64,000 nucleotides of DNA from Eledone cirrhosa. Its lineage: Eukaryota. The stretch covers positions 4,960,001-5,024,000 of the forward strand of contig OZ024750.1 of assembly GCA_964016885.1 (NCBI GenBank). The letters are read 5' to 3'. Positions 1 to 12,703 of this stretch are shown here, piece after piece. The position numbers and the translations under genes were made by a program. The stretch's first letter is position 1, and each line of letters begins with the position of its first letter. Below the pieces are notes generated by a model. The model was not told the origin of the DNA, did not search any database, and was given only the letters and a program-made list of their open reading frames with translations.

Positions 1-119
1 GTGTGTGTGTGTGTAGTAGTATTAGTAGTAGTAGTTCTCAGGGAGATTCGGCGTGATGCTATGTGACAAAGAATCATGGGTACAATACCAGTTGAGTGTA
101 CTGGTAAAGTTAAAGCCTG

Positions 120-385
120 TCTCAAGCTAGAAGACCTGTCAAGCCGGTGCTTATCCCGGTTTCGTGGTGTGAAGCGACTGAGAGTACAAGATTCCTCCCT
201 GGACAGGATGCTAGTCCCTCGCAAATTTAAATTCCTTGCTATTGCTGCTAGTACTCATTTTCAGCTGAGTATACGTGAAATAAAGTGTTTTGCTCAAGAA
301 CACAACAGGCAACCCAGCACAGGAATCTAAGCCACGACATTATGATCATAAGTTCAACACACTTACCACTAGGCCCCGCGCCTCC
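120..385 (-). mobile_element. tRNA-derived SINE family B (CORE-like middle, V-SINE-like 3' part)
   Basis: Minus strand reads GGCGCGGGGCCTAGTGGTAAG (A-box-like) ... GTGTTCTTGAGCAAAACACTTTATTTCACG ... GGGACTAGCATCCTGTCCAGGGAGG; same middle recurs at 23540, 34560, 40722, 46600. Confidence 0.7.
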
Positions 386-649
386 ACATGAGTAAACTTG
401 AGCAATGGGCTATAAATATCTTGCTCAACGCGCCACCAGGAATCGACCTCAGAACCTGACAATCTTGAGTGCCCCCTCCCCCAAGCCTTCACTACAAACA
501 TTTCAATTGACACAGACAAACCAATCCTTGCTATGAGAAAAGTGATGCAGTAGCGTGGTTCAAAGATCGTCTTTTGCCCATTTATGGAGTTGTTTTAAAC
601 AAGGAACTGACTTAAACAAGGAACCTACTTAGCTCAAGTGATTTGTTTG

Positions 650-1069
650 TTTGTGGCTGTTGGCTGTTGTTATTGTTGTTGTTGTTATTGTTGTTATTAT
701 TGTTGTTGTTGTTATTGATGTTGTTGTTGTTATTGTTGTTGTTGTTGTTATTGTTGTTGTTATAGTTATTGTTGTCGTTGTTGTTATTGATGTTGTTGTT
801 GTTATAGTTATTGTTGTCGTTGTTGTTGATGTCGTTGATGTTGATGTTGTTGATGTTGTCGATGTTGTTGATGTTGATGATGTTGATGTTGTCGTTGATG
901 TTGTTGATGTTGTTGTTGTTGTTGTTGTTGTTATTGATGTTGTTGTTATAGTTATTGTTGTCGTTGTTGTTGATGTCGTTGATGTTGTCGATGTTGTTGA
1001 TGTTGATGTTGTTGATGTTGTCGATGTTGTTGATGTTGATGATGTGGATGTTGTCGTTGATGTTGTTGA

Positions 1070-1121
<52 letters not shown>

Positions 1122-1200
1122 GCTGCTGCTGTTGTTGATGTTGTCGTTGTTGTTGTTGCTGCTGCTGTTGTTGATGTTATTGTTGTTGCTGTTATTGCTC
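650..1200. repeat. (GTT)n/(GAT)n compound trinucleotide microsatellite
   Basis: Directly visible; explains the poly-V/poly-L ORFs. Confidence 0.95.
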
Positions 1201-1204
1201 TACA

Positions 1205-1330
1205 CGAGTCCTCGTTCAGTGAACTGGCTGATGTAGTGGGTATCGCTGGTTATTCTCCACGGCAATCCTTTCGCCATCTTGTCCACAGAGTGCTGCTAAG
1301 ATATACTACCCAGCCAAGCGTGTAGAGTTT
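1205..1330 (+). mobile_element. CRE-clade non-LTR retrotransposon 3' end remnant
   Basis: Translates PRSVNWLM*WVSLVILHGNPFAILS, resembling the CRE C-terminal motif QR.S.AI.RGNA; homologous to 27880 and 28600. Confidence 0.5.
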
Positions 1331-1503
1331 GCCCCTTCATCCTCTCTCTCTCTTTCTCCCCCCCTCTCTCTCTTTGTCATTTTAACTGGGAGAACGTCAA
1401 GCGCAGGTCCGCTTTCGGGTGGATCGAGTCCTCCTCGGACCAACACCGTCATGCTTGCCTACACTTCGTCACGCAACCAAACAATTTTATAAATTGTATC
1501 TTT

Positions 1504-1696
1504 AATAAATTGTTTCTACTTTTGGCACACGGCCAGCAATTACCTCAGTGCATTACTGGTACTTTATTTTATCGACACCTTAAGGATGAAAGGCAAAGAT
1601 AACCTCGGTGGAATTTGAACTCAGACCGTTAACGGCCGTAACTCTATGCTTCAAAGAATGGTGTCCGACCCTCTACCGATACGACCAAACCACCAC
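1504..1696 (-). mobile_element. tRNA-derived SINE family A (Meta/Sauria-type central domain)
   Basis: Matches the window consensus GGCAGTATCGGTAGAGGGTCGG...GAGTTCAAATCCCGCCGAGG-TTGACTTTGCCTTTCATCCTTACGGGGTCGATAAAATAAAGTACCAG...AGTAGAAACAATTATT. Confidence 0.85.
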
Positions 1697-1765
1697 AAAA
1701 TTACACTTCTTTCTAAAATAAATGACATACACGATAGAAGTGTTTGTTTTTGACGCTATAGTATA

Positions 1766-2249
1766 TCTATATACATAATCTATATACATAAATAGCAATT
1801 TCTGTCTGTTTGCTTGTTTGTGAACCTAAAACTCAAAAACTACCAAACCGATCTTGATCAAACTTGGCACGTGTGTGGGGGTTCCCCGGGGGCTCAAACC
1901 ACCGCTGAAAATGTTTTCCCTTCGATTTATATTAAATTTAAACCATAGGTAAATAAGATATGATGCCTATTCACACAATTTCAGCAAGTTTCAATAATAT
2001 TAAGACACCCTAATGGGGGTTCTATTTTTTTTCCTTATAGCAACACTCAACTTCTCTGACAAACATTTTTTCGCCTGACCAATGCAATCAACAATATTTG
2101 TTTGTATTATTGTTTCGTAAATGAATTTGTCTTCGCTTTTGATTATCTGTCCTATATTTTGATATCATTTTGGGTCTGAAAGGCATTGGTCATTTTAATG
2201 GGAACTGGGAATACCCTCGCTCCCGGGTATTACCGGGTACCTCAGCTAA
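1766..2249 (+). mobile_element. Non-autonomous Helitron-like element
   Basis: 5' TCTATATACATAA followed by TCTGTCTGTTTG; 3' hairpin CCCGG-gtatta-CCGGG just before terminal CAGCTAA. Confidence 0.55.
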
Positions 2250-3404
2250 TATACTATAAGACAAAGCTATAGATTAAACTAATTATGGGTAAACTAATTA
2301 TCATTAATTAGTTACATTTAACAATCATCAAAACTGATGTTTTGTTTATTCAATTGTAAGAGGGATCGGCTGAATGTTAGTAACAACAGTTATAACATTC
2401 TCACTACTAACTCTTTCTCTTGCTCTTTAACCTATCACTATAAAATTGTACTAAAAGCCATTATCATTAAGCGATTTATGAAACTAGCTACACTTACTTA
2501 AATATTTGACGCATTCTTGGCAATTAAATAACTTACTGGCGCGTTACCAGTGTCTGGTCGTGGTGATGTGCTATGTTTTAGCTTTATTCTACAGCAAGGT
2601 GGTGAATTGGAAGAGTCGTTAGAGCATCGGATGAAAATGTTTCGCCATTTTTTTTCCAGCTCTGCCTTCTGAGTTCAATTGACACCAAGCTCTCCCCCTC
2701 TCTATATCTATCTCTCCCATCTCTCTCTACATAACATGTACATAAATTGTAGAGCATATACAAATAGATGAGTGTTTTGGTAGTTTGGGGAGAAAAATAC
2801 AATTATTGGGGGAGGGGGACACGCCCCCACCCCTGGTATATATAACTTTTCAATTCCAATTACTTGCGCTAAGCTGACTTTGATGTGTAAAATTGGGGGG
2901 TTTGCTGCGTATTCTAAGTTTTTTGTGTATGAGGGACCCCCTCAAAAACCTGAATTGCCTCCCCCACCCCGGGTGTAAATCTTGCCCTGGTTAGGGAGGT
3001 GTGTTGATACTGCTAGTCAACCTTACATGGTTATAGTTAGGTTACGTAGTAAATATAATCTGGGGCAGATGTGTTAACAGTGACTAACCTAAAAATATGT
3101 ATTCTAACGGGAGATAGCGGGGTGGGGGTGGGTGTTGTTGATAGAGTCAGTTAATCTTACATAGTTGATAGCTATCTCCATTCCGATCACAGCAAATATG
3201 GAGGAGGTGGTTGAGGTGAGGACGGGGCAACCAAGGAAGCCAGAAGTTCCCACCGCTGTTGGTTGTCTACAAATATGCATATTTATATAAATATTCTCTC
3301 AACAAACAGCTAAAACTCACAACAATATCACTACAAATGTTAACTGACAGACTCACACATACACATACATGCACAGACATACACACACACACACACACAC
3401 ACAC

Positions 3405-3620
3405 GGTTTTTTATACGACGGGCATCTGCAGTTTTCGTCTGCTAAATAATTTCCCTCATAAGACATTGGTCAGCCCCGATGCTATAGTAGAAGACACTTG
3501 TTCAAGGTACCACTGATCAAGCTGAGGTTATAGCAAAAGACAAGGTACCGGTGTACTAGGTGTGCATCTGAAACCACGTGGTTTTGAAGTGCACTCCTTA
3601 ACCACAAGGTCAACCCTGTA
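3405..3620 (-). mobile_element. tRNA-derived SINE family C
   Basis: Reverse complement similar to 5480-5600 (CAAGTGTCTTCTACTATAGC...GACCAATG...GAAAACTG). Confidence 0.6.
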
Positions 3621-3932
3621 TATTCACAAGTCTATATTACATATATATATATATATATTCATTTCTTCGCCTCTTCTCTCAAAATTACGCTATTCTCTCT
3701 CACTTAAATATACTCAGGTTTTTTCTCTTTTTTCTTTCGTTTTTTTCTCTTTTTTCCCCCCTATTCCAACGGCTTAATTTAAATATACTGTTATTTAAAC
3801 CTTTCCGACACTAATTTGCATAATAAACCAACAATAAATCTAATAACTCCACTATCCAGGAGATTCCAACCAGAATGGTTACATTTTTTCAGGGTATGAC
3901 AATATTTATTTATAAAACTAACCTATATTATC

Positions 3933-3994
3933 TTTTATCTGATGAAAGCGCACCATAGTTTGCCTTGGTGGCCCTTGAAATATGTATAATGAAA
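3933..3994 (+). ncRNA. Type I minimal hammerhead ribozyme motif (family H1)
   Basis: TTTTAT-CTGATGA-AAGCGCACCA..TGGTGGCCCTT-GAAA-T-ATGT-A-TA/ATGAAA; intact core, stems I-III pair; paralogue at 36132. Confidence 0.75.
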
Positions 3995-4174
3995 TAAATA
4001 TGGTTTTATAAATATAGTTTCCATTTCTTAATATATTATATATATATATATATATTTGTTTGGGTAAACAATAACTCTTCTTGGGTGGGCCATGGTGTTT
4101 AAATCCTGATTTGAAAGACTTCACCAGGTGGTGTTATTAAGTTAAACCTGGCCTGGGCCAATACCTAACAACGT

Positions 4175-4207
<33 letters not shown>

Positions 4208-4227
4208 GTATATATGTATATATGTAT

Positions 4228-4334
4228 GGTCCCTTAACTCCTAATAGAGTCGTAGGGGCGCCGTATTGACATACGGCGTTTCTTGGGCATTTTAAGCCTG
4301 GCGGCGCCCATCCCTCTCCATGCCTGAGTACAGC

Positions 4335-4335
<1 letters not shown>
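4228..4335 (-). mobile_element. LINE (RTE-like) 3' tail fragment
   Basis: Minus strand ends GCGCCCCTACGACTCTATTAGGAGTTAAGGGACC before a microsatellite; diverged copy at 41930-42035. Confidence 0.4.
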
Positions 4336-4365
<30 letters not shown>

Positions 4366-4974
4366 ACACACTCACTGTGTGCTGCCCAGAAATATACACA
4401 CACACCCAACATCAAACATTTTCAGTTAAATATATTCTACCTTCTATCATATTTACAACTACTTTTATATTGTTATAAAAGGTGTGACGTAACTTAGTTA
4501 TAACTAATAGGTGTGAAAACCTGGCGGCTTAACAATAACAACAAAAATAGTACTGGATTGATGTGATTGAGTAAATCAAGGCAGTGCTCCAGCATGACCG
4601 CAGTCTAATGACTGAAACCACTAATAGAATATGCGTCTCCCTTGCGGTGCTCCGGGGAAACGCCTTCTCCCTTCTGTCCGCCGGGGAGGCCACCAATATG
4701 ATTGACTGACTTTTCATTTTATCAAAGAATGCTAATATTAAGTTGTGTTGTAACATCTACTGGAATAAGGTTTGGGTTAGGAATAATGGTTAATTCACAG
4801 CAGGGGTAGAATGGGCTCGCATGGGGCGGGGTCCTCGTATTGAAAATTTCATCGAGATCTTTGCATTCTATTTATGGTAGCAGAAGTCTAACTTGTGGCC
4901 GTTGAAATAATGTGAAGTCCCTGGGTACGGAAGGTTATTGATGCCAACACATCGGAGTTTACACTGTAGAATTG

Positions 4975-5600
4975 GCGCAGGTGTGGTTGTGTGGTTAAGG
5001 AGTTCGCTTCACAACATAGGCGAGGTGTGGTTGTGTAGTTAAGGAGTTCGCTTCACAACATAGGCGAGGTGTGGTTGTGTGGTTAAGGAGTTCGCTTCAC
5101 AACATAGGTGAGGTGTGGTTGTGTAGTTAAGGAGTTCGCTTCACAACATAGGCGAGGTGTGGTTGTGTGGTTAAAGAGTTCGCTTCACAACATAGGCGAG
5201 GTGTGGTTGTGTGGTTAAAGAGTTCGCTTCACAACATAGGTGAGATACAACTAACAATATAGGCGCAGGTATAGCTGTGTGGTTAAGTAGTTTTTAGTAG
5301 TTCGCTTTGCAACACAGGTGAGGTATGGCTGTGTGGCTAAGGAATTCACTTTATAACAGATGAGATATAGCTGTGTAACAATACAGGCGCAGGTGTGGTT
5401 CAGGAATTCACTTCATAACAGGTGAGATATAGCTGTGTAACAATACAGGCGCAGGTATGGCTAAGGAGTTCGCTTTGCAACAAAGTGGTTCTCGGTTAAG
5501 TCACACTGCATGGCATCTTTAGCAAGTGTTTTCTACTATAACTTCTGCTTGATCAATGCCTGTAAGTGGAATTTGGTTGTCAGAAACTGAAGCCAATTCT
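4975..5600 (+). mobile_element. SINE family C copy whose 5' head is tandemly amplified (44-bp unit)
   Basis: About 6 near-perfect plus about 4 degenerate GGCGAGGTGTGGTTGTGTGGTTAAGGAGTTCGCTTCACAACATA units, then the SINE body. Confidence 0.8.
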
Positions 5601-7128
5601 CTATATATATAAATATTTGTATGTATGCATGTATGTATGTATGTATCTGTGTTTACTGCTTATCTGGTAACCAAGCGATTCGACAAAGAGATCGATGAAA
5701 TAAGTTCCAAGCATGAAAAATATTCACCAATGGCGGTATAAAATGAAGTACAGGAAAGCAGAGAACTGTTAAATCTTAGAAGACGTGTAACGATTGGTTC
5801 TTAATCTATGGCGAGCGGCATTCTTCGAAAAGGGTTTAAGACAATTTCACTTTTGAATTGTTTGATAAAATCAAATGTGTGTGCGCTTGTACAATATGTA
5901 AGAGTTATAAGTGTGTACATATGTACGAGTTATAAGTGTGCGCGCGCGAGCGCGCGGTTATAAACAAGTGTTATACAAGTTATAAGAGCTATATTTACTG
6001 CAATAAATATGAACTGTTAAGAGCATCGCCGTTGATTCAATCCCAAATGGTCGCGAGTTCGAATATTAGGTCGAGTGGTGTGTTGTGTTTCGATCAAAAC
6101 CCCTCGTAAAAGGCCAGCTAAACCCGCATCGGTGTGTTCCGTGTTTTGTTTCTTTCATTAATATGAAACTTTCAAGTAACCTCACTTTTCCAACTTTGTA
6201 AACTTCCGTATTCAAGATACCGCACAATGTAATGCACGGCCACTGTTGTAAATGTGGTATTGTTCCAAATTTCGAACTAAAGATAAGAAGTTCTATTATT
6301 CGCATGTGCCTCAAAATTAAAATATAATTGATGTAGTGTGTCAATAACTATCAGGATTGCCTTAAATTTATAACATTTGCCCCTGTAATTGTATTGCATG
6401 TAATAAAATACAAGAAAATGTCGGTGTTCCAAGAACCACAGCCTTTAGTTGTGTCTAAAATAACATCGGATACGTTTCAGACATTCTACAGAATTATCTA
6501 AGTTTAAAGTTTGTTTATCAGCTACGAAGGCGTGAAAAGAAAAACCGAGATTGTGTAGTCACGTGACATCGACCAAGACCATTGCCCCCGGGTGGGGGAA
6601 GGAAGACAAAGGCGTCAAAAGAAGAAATTAGGCGGATAATATTCAAAGAATGAACTGCTAAAGGCGCCGTAACAACTGAAGTCCTAACTAATAAGTGAGA
6701 TGGATGGAAGTGGTAGACTACAACATCCTGCAGAGCCCCCATAATTCTGGAGAGTCTTGGAGGAAAAGTGAAGTTAAACGATTGAATTATTCAGAATTTG
6801 CAATAATTCCAGATGAAGATCGTACGAGAAATAGACAGCTGTTGACTAGAGTGTGTGGTTTGTGTGTGTGTGTGTATGTAAAACTTCAGAGATGTGATCG
6901 TCTACATTCAATCTCAGAAATAAAAAGAAAAAAAACAAATAAAGCATGCAAGTTGTTAAGTACCTCAGTACCTGGATAAATTCGATCTCAATGTATCGAT
7001 TAATTAATTTAAAAAAAAAAAAAAAAAAAAATTAAGAAAATATCCAGGTAATAAGGAAGTTAACATTTCAAATACAAAAGTAAAAATAATAAAAAAACAG
7101 ACAAGATATTTCAAAGGGAATTCCAACG

Positions 7129-7134
7129 TTTATT
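7129..7134 (-). terminator. Probable actin polyadenylation signal (AATAAA)
   Basis: AATAAA about 700 nt downstream of the stop on the minus strand, followed by a U-rich tract. Confidence 0.5.
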
Positions 7135-7831
7135 ACGATGTTTTTTTAAAAATAATAATAATATTAATAACTACGAGCAGCAACGTTTGAACACGTTGAT
7201 TCCATCGTCATATTACAGATCCTTAGATCTGCCGCAGCAAATTGGCGATGACATTTTTAACATCAGCATTTTTTTTTTTTTGAAAATATATTTTTGTTTC
7301 AAGCACCAAGGTTTCGGAATTTTTTAGCCCAACATAAAAAAAAAATAAAATAAAATTAATAAACAGATGTTTCTTTTGCCAGTTAAATTCAATAGGCTCT
7401 TTACAGATTAATGGCGATATTATAATTAGTTCGTTATCTTGGATGCTAGTATTACGTTGGTAAGTCCCTTTCCGTTCAATACGGATTGAGTTTTTTTTTT
7501 TTTAGTTTTTCAGATTTTTAGCAGTTTAATTTTCCTTATACAGACAGCCTTCATACCAGATATGTGTTGTATATGACCATCCTGGTCTTCCATATTAAGA
7601 TGTTTCTTTCTCAAATGTTAAGTTACTTTTTTGTTTTCCTTATATAAAAAGATGGTAAATATATCCTAAAAGAACCGGCTTCGCTGAGAGAGAGAGAGAA
7701 AGGGTGGTTTTGTTGTTGTGTCTATGGTAACCAAGCACGCAATCAATGAAATATATATTTTACAAGTTTCGTCCAGCGTATTCGTCGTTATTCCAAAATT
7801 TAAGTTAAGGGCTAGAAAGAAATTAAACTTC

Positions 7832-8857
<1,026 letters not shown>

Positions 8858-8929
8858 TTATGAATAAAAGAAAATGTAGAGAAAAGAATCTGAAAGAGTA
8901 GACGGGCGGAGTATCGAGATATCGAGCAG

Positions 8930-9160
8930 ATGTCGGGCAGGGATTCGTGGAGAAACGAACAATCTCGGTAACGTCGGGCAGGGATTCGTGGAGAAACGAA
9001 CCATCTCGGTAACGTCGGGCAGGGAATCGTGGAGAATTGAACCATCTCTGAGAGAAGAGCCTGGATTAGTAGAGAAGCGAACCATCTCGGCGAGGTGGAA
9101 TTCGTAAGGAAGCGAACCATCTAGGTGACGTCGGGCAGGGATTCGTAGAGAAACGAACGA
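8930..9160. repeat. 41-bp CpG-rich minisatellite in actin intron
   Basis: GTCGGGCAGGGATTCGTGGAGAAACGAACCATCTCGGTAAC at 8932, 8973, 9014 plus degenerate copies. Confidence 0.85.
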
Positions 9161-9874
9161 CCAAGATGAATTGCGGAGACTCGATTTATCGGTCGTTGTA
9201 AGAGCGATCGATAAACAAAACAACCGTCGTGTTGACGTCTGGCAAACAACGCTGCTATTGAGAAAAACTTAGGAAATGTTTAGAACATTAGCAACTCGGT
9301 TTGTTCCCTGGAACAAACGTCTGAAGCCAGTTTTTCTGCTTCGTTCTTTTCCAAATTGGCGATCGTTCACAAAATAACGGAACTTGAAACGCCTGGAGCA
9401 GACATGGTTCAGCAAAATAGGCCTATTTCAGTTATCCCAGTTGAATATTTCGTCCCAAACCAGTTGATAAATTTACTCTCCAACTAATATCGTATAAAAT
9501 TAATAAATTGTTACGATAGGAAATCCCTCTCGATTGAGAGGAAATAAAATGTAGCTGAATTTAAATTAAAAAATTAAAATCTAAAAAGCTAAAAGGAAAA
9601 AGTAAGATTAACTATATAACCCCCATCTAATCTGAGAAGTTGAAATTAAATTTATACAAATATATATTCAGGATACTTGAATATATATATATATATATTA
9701 GTAAATATATATATATTCAGGATATTTCAATATATATATATATATTGAAATATCCTGAACAGTTGATTCCTGTTCCTATAATATTAGAAAAAATTGAATT
9801 TAGAGATTAGACTGGGTGGTGGTGAGGAGGAACTATATTAAGCGTGATCGGGGGGAGGGGTTGCTAAAAAGATT

Positions 9875-10055
9875 CATATCCTTATATGCCGAAAAAGTTA
9901 GAAGACGGCGGAGGGGGCGTGATTAGACCAAACAGTAACTAGAGCCAATCACTTGGCAATGAAGTCGGCGTTATCTTTCCTCGTGTGTGAACATCAGGAT
10001 ATTGGTATGATGACGACGACTGGGAGTGGAATGCATGTTTTTACCATTTAAGGGC
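9875..10055. promoter_or_regulatory. Candidate actin intronic enhancer (CArG, MCAT/TEAD, CCAAT, GC box)
   Basis: CCATTTAAGG 10044-10053, TGGAATG 10027-10033, AGCCAATCA about 9941, GGGGCGTG about 9914, near-CArG CCTTATATGC about 9880. Confidence 0.5.
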
Positions 10056-10168
10056 AAAGTACAAGGCACAAGCAGAAGTTAGTGCCTCGTGGGATTCGTA
10101 AGAAAAAAAAAAAAGTGTCTTCATATCCAAGAAACTAAAATAAATCTATCTAAGATATCTATATTATA

Positions 10169-10199
<31 letters not shown>

Positions 10200-10206
<7 letters not shown>

Positions 10207-10890
10207 CAATGTATATATATATATATATAAATATTAATATATATACAACAATGTATATATATATATTAATATATATACAACAATGTATATATATTAATAT
10301 ATACAACAATGTATATATATTAATATATATATAAATTAATATATATACATAAATATATTAATATATATATATATATAATAATGTATATATATTAATATAT
10401 ATACATAAATATATTAATATATATATATATAAAATAATGTATATATATTAATATATATACATAAATTAATATATATACATAAATATATTAATATATATAT
10501 ATATATATATACAATAATGTATATAATATATATACAATAATTGTTTCTACTTTTGGCACAAGGCCAGCAATTACCCAGTACATTACTGGTACTTTATTTT
10601 ATCGACCCCATAAGGATGAAAGGCAAAGTTAACCTCGGCGGGATTTGAACTCAGAATGGCAAGGGCCGTAAATCTATGCGTCAAAGCATGGCGTCCAACC
10701 CTCTACCGATACTGCCAATTCTACAATAATGTATATATATCAATATATATACAATAATGTATATATATTAATATATATACAATAATGTATATATATTAAT
10801 ATATATACAATAATGTATATATATTAATATATATACAATAATGTATATATATTAATATATATACAATAATGTATATATAAATCTACCTAG
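10200..10890. repeat. AT-rich minisatellite (about 27 bp, ATACAATAATGTATATATATTAATATAT) interrupted by a SINE
   Basis: Directly visible tandem units either side of 10536-10721. Confidence 0.8.
10536..10721 (-). mobile_element. SINE family A in actin intron
   Basis: Matches consensus; flanked by duplicated TACAATAAT. Confidence 0.9.
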
Positions 10891-10993
10891 GATATCTATA
10901 TTCTATATACAATGTATATACACAATGTGTATATTAATATATATATAAGATTTCATTTATATCTATACTAGAAAGATTTAAAAGTAAATTTGG

Positions 10994-11037
<44 letters not shown>

Positions 11038-11163
11038 TATAGCTGCGAAGCTAAACAGGATTGCTAGGCTTATTGCACTTTTCACACTATTTTATATTAA
11101 AAGTTTTTTTTTTTTTAAATACATATATATAGATAAGAAAAAAAGCTTTTATATTAAAAGTAG

Positions 11164-11205
<42 letters not shown>

Positions 11206-11429
11206 CATACAAAAGATTTAGTACTAATATATATCTTACTGCTGAAATAATATGTATATATATTATTCAGTAATAGATATATATTAAAAAAAATAAAAAA
11301 AGCTGCTTCTGTTACTTAAAAAGTTTAGAAGTTTATGTAGTAGGTTTGCTTAGTTATTTTGTTTAAGCTAACGATGAATAGAGCCGCTAGCTAGTGGTAA
11401 GACGAAAGAGTTTGGAAGTAAGATGATTA

Positions 11430-11606
<177 letters not shown>

Positions 11607-11694
11607 TTAAAGTCTTAAACACGAAAGAGAAATTCTACTACTGGTATCAAGGCTGCTGCCTTCCTTAGTGTATGAGCTGTAATGAGCAACTGGC

Positions 11695-11861
11695 GACTGA
11701 ACAAGCCTGGCTGCCTCTTTTATTCTTCGGCTCACGCTCAATTCCTAGAAACGGGAAGCCTTTGACCATATATGGTATTGCTTCCTTGAAGCTACTGCTA
11801 ACCATTTCGGTACATACAGCTCACTATCGAGGAAATACGTACCCATCATGGCCACATATGG
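11695..11861 (-). promoter_or_regulatory. Actin proximal promoter
   Basis: Inr TCAGTC 11700-11695, TATA-like GAATAAAAG 11725-11717, perfect CArG CCATATATGG 11766-11775, near-CArG CCACATATGG 11852-11861. Confidence 0.65.
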
Positions 11862-12510
11862 ACGTTTCGCTCTGCCTTGTAGAATTCACGTCGTTCAGAA
11901 TATGAAAGATGTAGTCATTTCAATTTTGATGCGTCTTCGGCATCATGTAATGCACTTAGTTTTCGTTTTCGAATGTATTTTGCCTGAAGAAAGAAGCTGG
12001 TATTTACAGATTTTTACATAATTTCATGAGAAGAAACTTTCAGAAAAGTTGAAAGAAACATCATATTATCATTCATTATGAATATTTTTCTTTTAAAATG
12101 CCAAACTACTGAAAAAAATCATGTAAGCTGCTTTGATAAATCTTCAACAGGTAGATTTTGTTTTATTCTCATAATTGTTTTTCGTACATCGATTTCTTTC
12201 CCCACCTTATATATTTCTTGTTTTTAATTTACATTGAATTACTTTCTATTAGAATAGATATTAGATATATATTTTATATGTGGCTTATAAACAAAAGTTG
12301 ATAGAATTAAATAACACGCTTTTTCTTCTTCTGTAATTAACGAAAACATACATAAATACATAAAATAGAGGTGGGTTGATGAAATATTGAAGTTTTCAGT
12401 ATTTTACACCAATATTTATCGAAAGTGATATTTTAAATCATTTTTCTTAACCTGTGTATATTCAACCTGTTACGAATATCCATGATAATTCTTAAAATAC
12501 ATACTGCTAT

Positions 12511-12703
12511 TGAACCTTTTCTAATGAAATACACTGTCTATTATTTTCAAATAATTGTGAGAATAATCAAAAAATTTAGAGTGGTTTAGTAATATAACTT
12601 TCTCATTATTCAGTTGATGTTTGGAGCATAAAATTATAATAGATGTTTTTGTTTATATATAAACATAAACATTTCAATAGAAAGTTTGGTATCAAAAGGG
12701 TTA
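12511..12703 (+). mobile_element. piggyBac-like MITE (TTAA...GGGTTAA ends)
   Basis: Ends TTTGGTATCAAAAGGGGTTAA; internal similarity to copies at 13570-13823, 15735, 17001, 18515. Confidence 0.55.

Noticed and set aside
1392-1442. Minus-strand GTC-CGAGGA...GAAAGCG..CGCTT-GAC hammerhead-like motif
   Set aside because: Core is missing a nucleotide, stem II is weak, and there is no second copy in the window
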